Assembly (NCBI GenBank): GCA_965228735.1
Contig: OZ245838.1
Span: 352,001 to 416,000, forward strand
From: Planctomycetota bacterium
Lineage (GTDB): Bacteria > Planctomycetota > UBA1135 > UBA2386
Length of the DNA: 64,000 nucleotides
Reading direction: 5' to 3'
This document shows, in pieces, positions 19,190 to 29,794 of the stretch. The notes beneath the pieces are model-generated. The model searched no databases. It saw nothing but the letters and a program-made list of their open reading frames with translations, and was not told the origin of the DNA. Positions within the stretch are counted from its first letter, which is position 1. The number at the start of each line of letters is the position of its first letter. Made by a program: the position numbers and the translations under genes.

Positions 19190-22120
19190 TCAGTTCCTCG
19201 TGAGGGCCTCGTCGACGCAGAGCAGCGCCCGGGCAACGGTGGCGTAGGCCTGCGCGGCGTCACCGCGCGAGAGTTGCGAGCGCCAGAAGTCACGCAGCGC
19301 GGCCAGCTCGGCTGCCGTAGGCGGTCGGGTCAGAACCCGACGGAACAGCCGGTGCAGCTGGTCTCTGGCCGACGAGCTGGCGAACTCGGCGCCGAGCGCG
19401 TTCGCGAGCTCGAGCATCATCGGATCGTTGAGCAGGGAGAGCGCCTGCAGCGGCGTGTTGGACCGATCGCGCTGCGCCACGCACGACTCGCCGCTAGGCG
19501 CGTCGAAGGTCGCGTGGAACGCAAACGGCGCGGTACGCTTCTGGAACGTGTAGAGGCTGCGGCGAAACCGGTTCTCGCCGTCGTCCGCGCGCCACTTCGG
19601 GCGGCCGAACGCGATCTCCGTCACGCCGGCGGGTTGCGGTGGGCGCACGGGCGGGCCGAACATCGCGTCGTTGAGCTTCCCGGCGGCGACGAGCGCGGCG
19701 TCGCGAATGACCTCCGCGTCGAGCCGGAAGCGCGGAGCGCGCGCGAGCCACCGGTTGTCGGGATCACGCTCGCGATCGTTCGGCCGCACGGCGGAGCTCT
19801 GGCGATACGTCGAGCTCGTGACGATCAGCCGATGGAGCTGCTTCCGGCTCCAACCGCGCTGCACGAACTCGACGGCGAGCCAGTCGAGGAGCTCGGGATG
19901 GGTGGGTTGCTGCCCTTGGTTGCCGAAGTCGGCGACGGTCGCGACGATCCCGCGCCCGAAGAACGCGGCCCACGCCCGATTGACGACGACGCGTGCCGTC
20001 AACGGGTTGTCGTCACGAACGAGCCAGCGCGCGAACTCGAGCCGGTTGCTCGGCGCGTCACCGCGGCGAAGGACTTCGGGGACGTGCGGTGCGACGGACT
20101 CGCGGGGCTGCAGGTACTCACCGCGGTGCCGCCGGCGCGTGACGCGGCCGCGGTCGGGGGCGCGTTCCCGCAGGATCAACGTCGTGACGTGTTCCGAGCG
20201 GCGTCGGAGCTGATGCACCTTGGTCGCGGGCTTCGTCACCTCCTCGGCTCCGAGCAGGAACGCGTGGCGCAGCCGCAGTCGTTCGGCGGCCGTGAGCGCG
20301 TCGTCCTGGCGCAGCAAGGCCTCGTCGGCGCCGTCGATGTCGTACGGCAGCGCGATCGCCTCGGCGCCGCCCTCGCGGTCGGTCGTCGACAGCCGAAAGC
20401 GACCGAGCGAGCTCGCGAAGTGGCGGCCGAAGTGCATCTCGATGTGCAGCGCCTGACCGCGCGGGATCGGTCGCTCGGGCACGAACACCGCGACGTGGCG
20501 TTCCCCGGTCCGGCCGTGGGTCGACCAGCCGGTCTGGATGTCACCATCGACCGCGTCGGCCGCTCTCGCGGTCTGCTGTCGGAACTGGTTGTTGGCGTAA
20601 CTCGCGCTGGCCCGCCTGACCTCCATGCGGGTCGCGGCGTCGCCGGCACCCACGGTCAGGATCAACTCCGTGAGGAAGAAGTCGCCCTTGCGGCCTTCGT
20701 AGTACGTGAGCCCGGGGCCGCGCGCCGGCAGCCGGGGATCCGGCAGCGCTTCGAGTCGCAGCGCGGTGATCGGTCGGTCGACGGGCGCGAGGGTGAGCCA
20801 GTAGGTGTCGTGCTTGGTGGTGTCGCCCGTCACGAACACGGTGCCGGGATCGTCGGCGAGGACGTCGAGGGTCGGGAGGTTGGACCGCGCGTCTTCGATC
20901 CGCGCCGGTGTCCAGTCCGTCGCGAGATCGCGCATCGTCGTGAGCCATCGCGCGAACCGCTGCTCCCGCGGTGCGGCGTCGGCGGGCCACTCGTCCCACA
21001 GCCGGTTCAACGCCGCCTCGGCCCGCTCTCGATTGCGTCGTCCGCGGGCGTCGGCGGCTGCGTCCGGGACGATGTAGTCCGGCTCGTCGGCGTCGTCGAA
21101 GAACGCCATGAGGCCGTAGTACTCGCGATGGGTGATCGGGTCGAACTTGTGCGTGTGACACTGCGCGCAGCCGATCGTGAGGCCGAGGAACACGGTTCCC
21201 GTCGTGGCGGTGCGATCCGCGAGCGCGTGGAAGCGGAACTCGAGGGGGTCGATGCCGCCCTCCTCGTTGAGCATCGTGTTGCGGTGGAAGCCGGTCGCGA
21301 TGCGATCCGCGGGCGTCGCGTCCTCGAGCATGTCGCCGGCCAGCTGCCGGATCGCGAACTCGTCGAACGGCATGTCGTCGTTGATCGCCCGGATGACCCA
21401 GTCGCGATACGGCCAGATCGACCGCCGACGGTCTTTCTCGTAACCGTTGGTGTCGGCGTAGCGCGCGAGGTCGAGCCAGCGCCGCGCCTGTCGTTCGCCG
21501 TAGTGCGGCGAGCTGAGCAGCTCGTCGACGAGCCGCTCGTAGGCGTCGGGCGAGTCGTCGTTGACGAACACATCGGCCTGGTCGGGCGTCGGCGGCAGCC
21601 CGATGAGGTCGAGGTAGAGCCGTCGCACCAACGTGAGCCGGTCGGCCCGGGGCGACGGCTGCAGTCCGTGCTCGCGCAACCGGTGCTGGATGAAGCGATC
21701 GATCGGGTGCGATGCGGTGCCCGCGGGGAGCGGGGCTCGGGTCGGTGGGACGAACGACCAATGCCGTTCGTATCGCGTGCCGTCCTCGACCCACTGGCGC
21801 AGCACCTCGATCTCTTCGGCGGTCAGCTCCTTGCCGGACTCCGGTGGCGGCATCCGTTCGTCGGGATCCGCCGCCGTGATCCGCTCCAGCAGTTGGGCGG
21901 CGCGCCCGTGGCCGGGCTCGTCGAGCCGCAGCTCCGCGGCTCGGGTGTCCTCGTCCGGGCCGTGGCACGCGAAGCACCGATCCGCGAGGATCGGTCGCAC
22001 GTCACGGCTGTAGCCGGGGGGCGTTGCCGCTTCCGGCTGCCCGGATTGCGCCGGCAGCGGGGCCGAGGCCAGCGCGACGCCGGCGAGCGGCCAGGTCAGC
22101 CGAGCGAGGGAGGGCGGCAT
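19190..22120 (-). CDS. Planctomycete cytochrome c / DUF1549 / DUF1553 (PSD1) protein
   Basis: CFACH and CAQCH heme motifs. HWSFVPP, WLDLARYADTNG and NTPLQALSLLN motifs. Confidence 0.93.
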   Translation of the reverse strand: MPPSLARLTWPLAGVALASAPLPAQSGQPEAATPPGYSRDVRPILADRCFACHGPDEDTRAAELRLDEPGHGRAAQLLERITAADPDERMPPPESGKELTAEEIEVLRQWVEDGTRYERHWSFVPPTRAPLPAGTASHPIDRFIQHRLREHGLQPSPRADRLTLVRRLYLDLIGLPPTPDQADVFVNDDSPDAYERLVDELLSSPHYGERQARRWLDLARYADTNGYEKDRRRSIWPYRDWVIRAINDDMPFDEFAIRQLAGDMLEDATPADRIATGFHRNTMLNEEGGIDPLEFRFHALADRTATTGTVFLGLTIGCAQCHTHKFDPITHREYYGLMAFFDDADEPDYIVPDAAADARGRRNRERAEAALNRLWDEWPADAAPREQRFARWLTTMRDLATDWTPARIEDARSNLPTLDVLADDPGTVFVTGDTTKHDTYWLTLAPVDRPITALRLEALPDPRLPARGPGLTYYEGRKGDFFLTELILTVGAGDAATRMEVRRASASYANNQFRQQTARAADAVDGDIQTGWSTHGRTGERHVAVFVPERPIPRGQALHIEMHFGRHFASSLGRFRLSTTDREGGAEAIALPYDIDGADEALLRQDDALTAAERLRLRHAFLLGAEEVTKPATKVHQLRRRSEHVTTLILRERAPDRGRVTRRRHRGEYLQPRESVAPHVPEVLRRGDAPSNRLEFARWLVRDDNPLTARVVVNRAWAAFFGRGIVATVADFGNQGQQPTHPELLDWLAVEFVQRGWSRKQLHRLIVTSSTYRQSSAVRPNDRERDPDNRWLARAPRFRLDAEVIRDAALVAAGKLNDAMFGPPVRPPQPAGVTEIAFGRPKWRADDGENRFRRSLYTFQKRTAPFAFHATFDAPSGESCVAQRDRSNTPLQALSLLNDPMMLELANALGAEFASSSARDQLHRLFRRVLTRPPTAAELAALRDFWRSQLSRGDAAQAYATVARALLCVDEALTRN

Positions 22121-22229
22121 GGCGAGAGTCTAACGGCCTCGACCCCGGTCGCGCAGAACCCGAGAAATGTGGCAGGGTCCGCGGCCGGATCTCGACGGGT
22201 GGGCATTCCGCTTCCTCGGAGACCACTCG

Positions 22230-23789
22230 ATGACCCGAACCACGAACTCGACCCTTCTCGGCGCGATCGCGCTGTTCACCCTGTCCGGCGCGGCCCGGGC
22301 GCAGGAGGACTTCCCCGACTTCTTCGCCATTCTCGCTGACGAGCACGAGGCCTATGAGCGGCACGTCCGCCGCACCGGTGCGGGCTTCGACCTCGCCTTC
22401 GGCGCCGGGCCAGGGAGCTCGATCGTCAACGAGGTCTACCTGCTCAACGGCAACGCCTCGATCCGCACGATCAACTTGCCGCCCGGCCGCGTCGCGACCA
22501 CGGCGGTCATCGGCGACCTCGACGGTGATCAGGAGTTCGACGTCCTGATCATGAGCCACGATGCCGGTGGCACTGGTCCTGGTCAGCTGCACGTCTGCTG
22601 GAGCGCGAACGCGGACCCGGCCATCGACAATACGTTCCCATCGCTCGGTCCCGGCACGAGCCCGTACGACAACGGCAGTCTCGAGCTGGTCGTGCCGTCG
22701 TTGGGCGGTTCGCCGCTCGTGCTGCTCGGCGATCCCGATTACACGCTCCCCGGTCTGCCGAACGCCGGGATCTTCGTCTGCTTCGATCTCGCGACGCGGC
22801 AGCCCGCGGTGCAGTTCGGCTACCAGGGTTCGTACCCGGACGCGCACTTCGGGGCCGCGATCGGCGCGCGCGACGCTGCGCAGAGTTTTGGTGCCGCGTT
22901 TGCCGTCACCGAACCGGGATATCAGGGGACGGTCGGTGGCGAGGGTCGGGTATGGACGGGCGATCCGGGCAGCGGCGCGCTCTGGTGGAACATCCCGGGG
23001 CCGCCGAACGCCGAACTCGGCAACGTCGTCGGGATCAACGAGCATTGGCTCTACGCCGCCAATGGTGACGCCGACGACGTTTCGACCAACAAGACGGACA
23101 CCGGCGTCCTGCTGCAGATCGACATGCGCAACGTCACCGGGTTCTTCCAGCTCGGCGATCAGGGCGAGAAGCTCGGCATCGATGTCGAAACGTATGACGT
23201 GACGAGTCTGGTCGTGGCGAGCGCCCAGAAGGTGACCCGGGTGCCCGTCGGGAGCACCGCGCCGACGCACGAGTGGATCTACTGGAACACGGCCGCGGCG
23301 CCGAACGACCAGCGCACGCTCGACGTCCGACCGGTCGCCAACGTCGTGGATCCCGTCGTCACCGTCCGGACGACGGTGCCCGCCGGCGGCGGCCAGTTCG
23401 AGTATTGGGCGACCCAGCTGACGACCGACGCCGAGTTGCGTGTCGACATCCTCTCGCTGCCGGCATCGATCCCGAACGTGATCAACCTGCTCGTCGATTC
23501 GCCGCCGAACGCCGGTGGTGCGGGGGCGTTCGCCTTCTCGTTCGACCCGAACCCGGGCGAGGTCGTCGTTCCCGGGATCGAAGGCGTGCTGCCGCTGCAG
23601 CAGCCGTCGATCTTCCTCGGGATCGCGCCGCTGGACCCGACCGGGCTCGGCATCTTCACCATGAACTGGCCTGCTATCAGCATCGCCGAGCCCTTCAACC
23701 TGCTGTTCGGCGCCCTCGTGCTGCCGCCGTTGGGCGCAACCCAGAACCCGCGCTTCGTCAATCCGGTTTGGACCCAGATTCAGGTCTGA
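22230..23789 (+). CDS. Secreted protein with FG-GAP/integrin-like repeats
   Basis: GGAG RBS then ATG 22230. Signal peptide ..AARA|Q. GDLDGDQEFDVL and HFGAAI repeats. Confidence 0.7.
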   Translation: MTRTTNSTLLGAIALFTLSGAARAQEDFPDFFAILADEHEAYERHVRRTGAGFDLAFGAGPGSSIVNEVYLLNGNASIRTINLPPGRVATTAVIGDLDGDQEFDVLIMSHDAGGTGPGQLHVCWSANADPAIDNTFPSLGPGTSPYDNGSLELVVPSLGGSPLVLLGDPDYTLPGLPNAGIFVCFDLATRQPAVQFGYQGSYPDAHFGAAIGARDAAQSFGAAFAVTEPGYQGTVGGEGRVWTGDPGSGALWWNIPGPPNAELGNVVGINEHWLYAANGDADDVSTNKTDTGVLLQIDMRNVTGFFQLGDQGEKLGIDVETYDVTSLVVASAQKVTRVPVGSTAPTHEWIYWNTAAAPNDQRTLDVRPVANVVDPVVTVRTTVPAGGGQFEYWATQLTTDAELRVDILSLPASIPNVINLLVDSPPNAGGAGAFAFSFDPNPGEVVVPGIEGVLPLQQPSIFLGIAPLDPTGLGIFTMNWPAISIAEPFNLLFGALVLPPLGATQNPRFVNPVWTQIQV

Positions 23790-23860
23790 TCGTCGATGCG
23801 AGCCAAGGGCCATGAGCCCGCGGCGCTGCGCCATCGGTGCCGCCGAGTAGGATAACGACG

Positions 23861-26371
23861 ATGCCCAGCTGGTCCCGAGTGCGCGCCGTGTTCGAGGAGG
23901 TCGCGGACCTGCCGGCGACCGACCGGACCGCGCGCCTCGCGACGCTCTGCGGCGACGACACCGAGCTCAGGGCCGCCGTCGAACGACTGCTCGTCCGCGA
24001 TGCCTCGGATGCCGCGCCGGCGATCGAGGCGGTCGCCGTCGTCGACGTCGGCGAGGACGGGACGGGCGGACCAGGACGGCTGCGCCGCGTCGGCGGCTTC
24101 GAGATCGTTCGCGCCATCGGCAGCGGCGGGATGGGGACGGTGTTCGAGGCCCGCCAGGAGCGCCCGCGACGCACGGTCGCCCTCAAGGTGCTGCGCACCC
24201 TGGCGTCGCCCGCCGCGCATCGCCGCCTCGAGTACGAGGCCGAGACGCTCGCTCGGTTGCAGCACCCGAACATCGCGCAGGTCCACGAGTGCGGCACGTT
24301 CGCCGACCCGGAGACGGGCGAGGAGTTGCCGTTCTTCGCGATGGAATACGTCGCGGACGCGACGCGAATCACCGACTACGCCGATGCGCAGAGGCTCGGC
24401 TTGCGCGACCGGATCGCGTTGTTCTTGCCGGTCTGTGACGCGGTACAGCACGGCCACCAGCAGGGCGTGCTGCATCGCGACCTCAAGCCCGCGAACATCC
24501 TGGTCGATGCGGACGGTCGCCCGAAGGTCATCGACTTCGGGATCGCCCGCGCCACCGACGTAGCGGATGGGGACCGCCCGGTTCGCACGCTGACGGGCCA
24601 GGTGCTCGGCACGCCCGGCTACATGAGCCCGGAGCAGCTCGACGGCGACCCAGCGCGAGTCGACGTTCGTGCCGATGTCTACGGACTCGCAGCGACGCTC
24701 CATGAGTTGCTCGTCGGGGCGCCGCCCTTGCCGCGGGGCGACGAGGCGTTGGGGCAGTACCTGCGCCGCCTGCGGGAGGCGCCGATGCCGCGGCCATCCA
24801 CCGTCGAGACCGCCACGGTCTCGGTGCCCGCCGAGCTCGATTGGGTGCTGCTCCGCGCGCTCGCGGTCGACCCGGCGGAGCGCTACGGCTCGGTTTCGGA
24901 ACTGGCCGCCGAGCTGCGGCGGTTCCTCGCGGACGAACCGCTCCTCGCGCGCCCGCCGACGCGCAGCTACCTCGTGCGCAAGTTCGTGCACCGCTATCGC
25001 GTCGCCGTGGGCGCGACCCTCGCGGTCGCGTGCGCGCTCGTGGTGGGCGCGGTGGCAACCACGATCGGTTGGCTGCGAGCGTCGGACGCCCGGGACCAGG
25101 CCACCGAGGTCGCGCGCGAGCTGCTCTCGCTCACGATGCTGCAGAGCGACATCCTGCGCGGCGGCCGCGGTGATCGCGGCACGCTGCTCGTCGACGTATT
25201 GGATCGGGCCGCGGAGCAGCTCGAGCGGCGGCCGCCGAAGCGCCGCCGGGTGGCCGGTGGTCTGCATCATGCGCTCGGCATCGCGTTCCTCGACCTCGGG
25301 GACTTGGACAAAGCCGAACGTCACTTCGAGGCCGCCTTGGCGTTCTTCGAGAACGAACCGCTGTTGCGCGAGTCCTGGATCCGGGCGCGCGGCGACTACG
25401 CGAGCGTGTTCGCCGCCAGGGGGCAGGTCGACGCGGCGGAGCAGATCCGCCGTGAGCTCCTGCAGGCCAAGATCGAGATGTTCGGAGCGGAACATTGGGA
25501 GGTGGACCTCGCGCGGGTGCAGCTCGCAACCGTGTTGAACGAGCGCCAGCAGTACGATCAGGCGCTGAGTCTCGCGCGTGAGTCGCTTCGCGGGTTGCGG
25601 GAACCGCCGCCCGGGGTGAGTTCGTACTACGAGAGCGTGCTCGTGACCCAGGCGCTCGCGCTCCACGGTTTGAAGCGGGACGAGGAGGCGATCGAGCTCT
25701 ACAGCCAGGCGATCGAGCTCCTGGCGGAGCGTCATGGGCCGCGTGACCTCGAGGTGCTGTCCACGCGGAACTCGCGCGCGGTGTCGTTGCTCGATCTCGG
25801 TCGGCTCGACGAGGCAGCTGACGACTTCCGGGAGCTATGGCAGGCGTTACGGGAGGTCGCCGGCCCGGCGCATCCGCGAACGATGCGCGCCGCCACCAAC
25901 CTGGGATTGTGTTTCGAGCGGGAGGAGCGCTACGCGGAGGCCGCGGCCGTGCATCGAGAGGTTCTCCAGGCGCGCGCCGACGCCGAATTGTCGGAGGACC
26001 TCGTGAGCCTGGTCGCGCGCTTCAACCTCGCGGTTGCGCTGCATCGGCAGGACGGCGCGGGGCAACTCGAGGCTGCGCTGGCGCAGCTCGACGAGCTCCT
26101 GCAGCGTTCCGCCGGTCTCTTGCCGGCGGATGGTTGGCGCGTCGCGGTCTTTCGGCAGCATCGCGGCATCGTGCTGCGCAAGCTCGAGCGCTACGAGGAG
26201 GCCGAACGCGAGTTGCTCGCTGCGGCCGCCACCGTGGAGCGCCGGCTCGGCCCCGATCACAAGCGAACTCGCAGCAACTGGGAACAACTCGCGGTGCTCT
26301 ACGAGGCCTGGGCGCGCCCCGGAGATGCCGCGCGTTGGCGCGAGCGCCTGGCGGCGAAGACCGACGGCTGA
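23861..26371 (+). CDS. Membrane Ser/Thr protein kinase with TPR repeats
   Basis: IGSGGMGTVF, HRDLKPAN, DFGIA and GTPGYMSPEQ motifs. TM helix. Kinesin-light-chain-like TPRs (GPAHPRT, GPDHKRT). Confidence 0.94.
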   Translation: MPSWSRVRAVFEEVADLPATDRTARLATLCGDDTELRAAVERLLVRDASDAAPAIEAVAVVDVGEDGTGGPGRLRRVGGFEIVRAIGSGGMGTVFEARQERPRRTVALKVLRTLASPAAHRRLEYEAETLARLQHPNIAQVHECGTFADPETGEELPFFAMEYVADATRITDYADAQRLGLRDRIALFLPVCDAVQHGHQQGVLHRDLKPANILVDADGRPKVIDFGIARATDVADGDRPVRTLTGQVLGTPGYMSPEQLDGDPARVDVRADVYGLAATLHELLVGAPPLPRGDEALGQYLRRLREAPMPRPSTVETATVSVPAELDWVLLRALAVDPAERYGSVSELAAELRRFLADEPLLARPPTRSYLVRKFVHRYRVAVGATLAVACALVVGAVATTIGWLRASDARDQATEVARELLSLTMLQSDILRGGRGDRGTLLVDVLDRAAEQLERRPPKRRRVAGGLHHALGIAFLDLGDLDKAERHFEAALAFFENEPLLRESWIRARGDYASVFAARGQVDAAEQIRRELLQAKIEMFGAEHWEVDLARVQLATVLNERQQYDQALSLARESLRGLREPPPGVSSYYESVLVTQALALHGLKRDEEAIELYSQAIELLAERHGPRDLEVLSTRNSRAVSLLDLGRLDEAADDFRELWQALREVAGPAHPRTMRAATNLGLCFEREERYAEAAAVHREVLQARADAELSEDLVSLVARFNLAVALHRQDGAGQLEAALAQLDELLQRSAGLLPADGWRVAVFRQHRGIVLRKLERYEEAERELLAAAATVERRLGPDHKRTRSNWEQLAVLYEAWARPGDAARWRERLAAKTDG

Positions 26372-26376
26372 GCGCC

Positions 26377-26943
26377 CTACTGGGTCGGTTCGCCGAACTC
26401 TTCGAGCCACCACGCGCGCGCCAGGCGCCAGCGACGATGGACACTGCGCTCGGAGATGCCGAGGTTGCCGGCGATCTCCGGCATCGTGAGCCCGCCGAAG
26501 AACTTGAGTTCGACGAGCTGCGCGAGATCGGGGTCGACTTCGCCGAGGCGCTCCAGCCCGTCGTGGACCGACAACGTATCGTCACTCTGCTCGTCGGCGT
26601 TGCCGACGAGTTGCTCGTCGAGAGTGACACGCTTCCCGATCCCGCCACGCTTCTTGGCGAGGCGCGCCCTGGCGCGGTCGACGAGCACGAACCGCATCGC
26701 CTTCGCGGCGACGCGGCGGTAGTGCCGCAGGCTTTCGTAGTCGGGCTCGGCCTCGCCGTCGCCGAGGCGGATCCACGCCTCGTGAATGAGCTCGGTCGGC
26801 TGAATGGTCGCCTGCGGATGATCGCCGAGCACGCGCTGCGCCAGGGCGCGCAGCTGGTCATAGACGAGGTCCACGAGCCGCGCGTTCGCGGCCTCGTCGC
26901 CGACTCGGATCGCGCGCAGCAGGGCCTCGGTTTCGCTGGTCAT
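26377..26943 (-). CDS. ECF sigma factor (TIGR02999-like, kinase-associated type)
   Basis: LVYDQLRALA, TIQPTELIHEAWIRL, AMRFVLVDRAR..KRGG and LVELKFFGGLT..RWRLARAW motifs. Confidence 0.92.
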   Translation of the reverse strand: MTSETEALLRAIRVGDEAANARLVDLVYDQLRALAQRVLGDHPQATIQPTELIHEAWIRLGDGEAEPDYESLRHYRRVAAKAMRFVLVDRARARLAKKRGGIGKRVTLDEQLVGNADEQSDDTLSVHDGLERLGEVDPDLAQLVELKFFGGLTMPEIAGNLGISERSVHRRWRLARAWWLEEFGEPTQ

Positions 26944-26949
26944 GACCGG

Positions 26950-28374
26950 CTACGGATAGGCCTCGACGCGCAGGACCTTGACAGGTTGCCCGATCCGCAG
27001 AACGAGATCGGGTTCGAGCCCGTTCAGCGCCGCCACGAGTTCCACGCTCCCGGCGCTCGCGAGCCGTGCGTGCAGTCTCGCGAGCGTATCGCCGGATCGC
27101 GCCGTCTCGATGCGGATACGAGTCACATGGATCGATCGCCGCTCGTCGTCGTCGAGATCGCGCACGCTCGTCACGGCTCGTTCCAGCACGGGTAGATCGG
27201 CGACGCCGCCGATCGCGAGGAACTCGCCGTAGACGTTCGCGATCCGGACCCAGGCCTGCAACACGACCTGGTCCGCGTTCGCCTCGCGGAACTCGACGAG
27301 GCGCATCTCGCGGCCGTTCGACTCCACCCGTTCGTCGCGCGCGATCGTGTAGCCGGCACTCTGCAGCGCGGACTCGACGTCGGCCATCCGTTGCCGCGCG
27401 TCTCGGGCGGTCGCGGCCGGGACGCTGAACAGCACCGCGGCTTCGCCGTCCTCGCGCGCGGCCCCGGCGTGCGTCGCGGTGCGGTCTGGTTGCCAGTCCG
27501 CGGGGAACGCGATCGCGACGCCGAGCAGCGGATGGAGGAGGCGGTTGCCGTCGAAGACGCCGTGCGCCGGGTTGTCACCCCAGACCAGGCCGTCGAGCGC
27601 GCGCAGGTAGGCGACGTCGTCCAGCGCGTCGGGTGACCGGGGCGCCACCGTCAACGTGCTGGCACGCCGCAGGACGTCGGCGACCCGGTTGGGCGTCGGC
27701 GGGTGGGTATCGAAATAGCTCGGCACCCGTTCCGTTCCGGTCATCGCTCGCAAGACCCCTGCCATGCGGCCGAGGATGCCGGCCATCGCGGCCGGGTCGT
27801 AGCCCGCCGCTGCGGCAAGGGTCTGACCGAGGCGGTCCGATTCGGATTCCTGGCTCCGGCCGTAGCGCGCGAGGGAGAGTCCCTCGAGCGCCCGAATCGG
27901 CGCGTTGACAGCCTGTCCGACGTCGGGAGCCAACGCGCCGATCAGTTTGCCGGGCGCCGTGAGCAACGCCGTGAGCGGCCGGGGCTGCTGCATCCTGGCG
28001 GCGTGGCGTTGCTCGACGTGGGTCATCTCGTGGCCGAGCACGCAAGCGATCTCGTCCTCGCTGTTGGCCGTAGCGAGCAGTCCGCGCGAGACGAACACGA
28101 ACCCGCCGGGTGCGGCGAACGCGTTCGGCTCGGGTTGGTCGAGGACGGCGTAGCGGTAGGAGAACTGCGCGTTCTCCTGTTGGGTCTCGATGCGCCGCGC
28201 AACGGCGTCGACCCACGCTTGGAGCGCGTCGTCGTGATAGCGGCCGACCTGCGACTCCATCGCGGTGGCGACGCGGGATCCGAGCTCGATGTCTTCTTCG
28301 ATCGGACGGAGGGCGCAGGCGCCGCTCGCGACCGCAGCGACGAGGATCAGGGGGCGACAGGAGCGGCGCTTCAC
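26950..28374 (-). CDS. M48 family metalloprotease (BepA-like) lipoprotein with LysM-like C-terminus
   Basis: PNAFAAPGG, GHEMTH, YGRSQESESD and YFDTHP motifs. C-terminal GDTLA..LNGL. Confidence 0.9.
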   Translation of the reverse strand: MKRRSCRPLILVAAVASGACALRPIEEDIELGSRVATAMESQVGRYHDDALQAWVDAVARRIETQQENAQFSYRYAVLDQPEPNAFAAPGGFVFVSRGLLATANSEDEIACVLGHEMTHVEQRHAARMQQPRPLTALLTAPGKLIGALAPDVGQAVNAPIRALEGLSLARYGRSQESESDRLGQTLAAAAGYDPAAMAGILGRMAGVLRAMTGTERVPSYFDTHPPTPNRVADVLRRASTLTVAPRSPDALDDVAYLRALDGLVWGDNPAHGVFDGNRLLHPLLGVAIAFPADWQPDRTATHAGAAREDGEAAVLFSVPAATARDARQRMADVESALQSAGYTIARDERVESNGREMRLVEFREANADQVVLQAWVRIANVYGEFLAIGGVADLPVLERAVTSVRDLDDDERRSIHVTRIRIETARSGDTLARLHARLASAGSVELVAALNGLEPDLVLRIGQPVKVLRVEAYP

Positions 28375-28383
28375 GCCGTCATG

Positions 28384-29754
28384 CTACCCGACCGTCGGTG
28401 GTTCGAACCCGTGACGATACGCCCGGCGCACGATCGTCCGGGTCGCTTCGTCGTGACCGTCGAACGCGAGCCTCGCCTTGTTCCATCGCAGGTCGACGCC
28501 GGGGAAGCGCGTCGCCTTCGTCGCGAGCAGCGCCGGTTCCGTGATGCGGATCGCCTGGGCGAACGGCGTGCGCAGCTCGACGTCCTTGCCGAGGCAGTTG
28601 TCGACCCAGCAATGCCAGTGGTTGAGTTCGGGAAAGTCGGGCAGGTCGGGCTCGTCGAGGCCCTTGGTCATCACGCCATCGCGCCAGATCTCGAGCCGGC
28701 CGCCCGCGCCGAGCACGAGCGTGCCCTCCTCGCAGACGACGCACGTGCCGTTGCCGTCGAGCCACGCACCGTCGGGGATACGGAGGTCCTCGAACGACGC
28801 CTTCTGGCCGTGATCGTTGTAGTGGATCGTGAACGTGCCGCTGGCGAACCGCGGCGAGTCGACCGCATACGTGATCTGTGAGCGGCAGCCGTGCACGTGG
28901 AAGTTCGCGTCCGGCGCCTCGTCGCAGTCCGTGCGCACGCCGATCGGCGAGGTGAGTTCGTCGTAGCCGAACAGCACGACGTCGAGAATGTGGCAGCCCC
29001 AGTCGCCGAGGCCGTTGGTCCCGTATTCCCACCAGGACCGCCACTTGATCGGCGCGAGCTCGTCGCGATACGGCGCCTCGGCGCAGGGACCGAGCCAGAG
29101 GTCCCAGTCGAGATGGCTCGGCGGGGGACTCGGCTCGTGCAGCGTGCGGTTGAAGTTGAAGTAGCGGCCCTCGTTGGGCGCCCCGGTCCAACAGTGCGCC
29201 TTGATCGCGCGGCCGAGCCGGCCTTCGCGCAGGATCTCGACGGCCGCGCGGCGACCGGGGAACACCATGCGCTGGTTGCCGAGCTGGGTGACGAGGTCCG
29301 GCTTGGCGGCGACGGCGCGCTCCATCAGCACGAGCTCCTCGAGCTGCTGCACGAGCGGCTTCTGGCCGTAGACGTGCTTGTCGTGCGCAAACGCCGTGAG
29401 CATGATCGGCGCGTGCGAGTGGTCGGGCGTCGAGACGATCACCGCGTCGAACTCGTCGCTGTGGTGCGCGAACGCGGCGCGGTAGTCCCGACACGTGAAC
29501 GCGCCGGGGTGTTCCTGGCGCGCCTTCTCGAGCTGTTGATCGTCGACGTCGCAGAGGCCGACGATATCGGCGCGCGGGTGCTTCGCGATCTCGCGCCGAT
29601 CGCGCTGGCCGATCGTGCCGACGACGCCGATCGACAGCACGCGCAGGCGGTCGGGGCGCAGCCGGCGGGGGCCCGACTGGCAGCCGGCGGCGAGGGCACC
29701 GAGCGAGACGGCGGTGGAACCGAGGAACGTCCGACGAGAGTGGCGACCGCGCAT
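28384..29754 (-). CDS. Gfo/Idh/MocA oxidoreductase with Tat signal
   Basis: SRRTFL leader at ATG 29754. VSTPDHSH, HVYGQKPL, LDWDLWLGP and GDWGCHILD motifs. Confidence 0.9.
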   Translation of the reverse strand: MRGRHSRRTFLGSTAVSLGALAAGCQSGPRRLRPDRLRVLSIGVVGTIGQRDRREIAKHPRADIVGLCDVDDQQLEKARQEHPGAFTCRDYRAAFAHHSDEFDAVIVSTPDHSHAPIMLTAFAHDKHVYGQKPLVQQLEELVLMERAVAAKPDLVTQLGNQRMVFPGRRAAVEILREGRLGRAIKAHCWTGAPNEGRYFNFNRTLHEPSPPPSHLDWDLWLGPCAEAPYRDELAPIKWRSWWEYGTNGLGDWGCHILDVVLFGYDELTSPIGVRTDCDEAPDANFHVHGCRSQITYAVDSPRFASGTFTIHYNDHGQKASFEDLRIPDGAWLDGNGTCVVCEEGTLVLGAGGRLEIWRDGVMTKGLDEPDLPDFPELNHWHCWVDNCLGKDVELRTPFAQAIRITEPALLATKATRFPGVDLRWNKARLAFDGHDEATRTIVRRAYRHGFEPPTVG

Positions 29755-29794
29755 GATGCGACGGTAGCGCCGAAGGATAGGCTTGTCCCCAACG

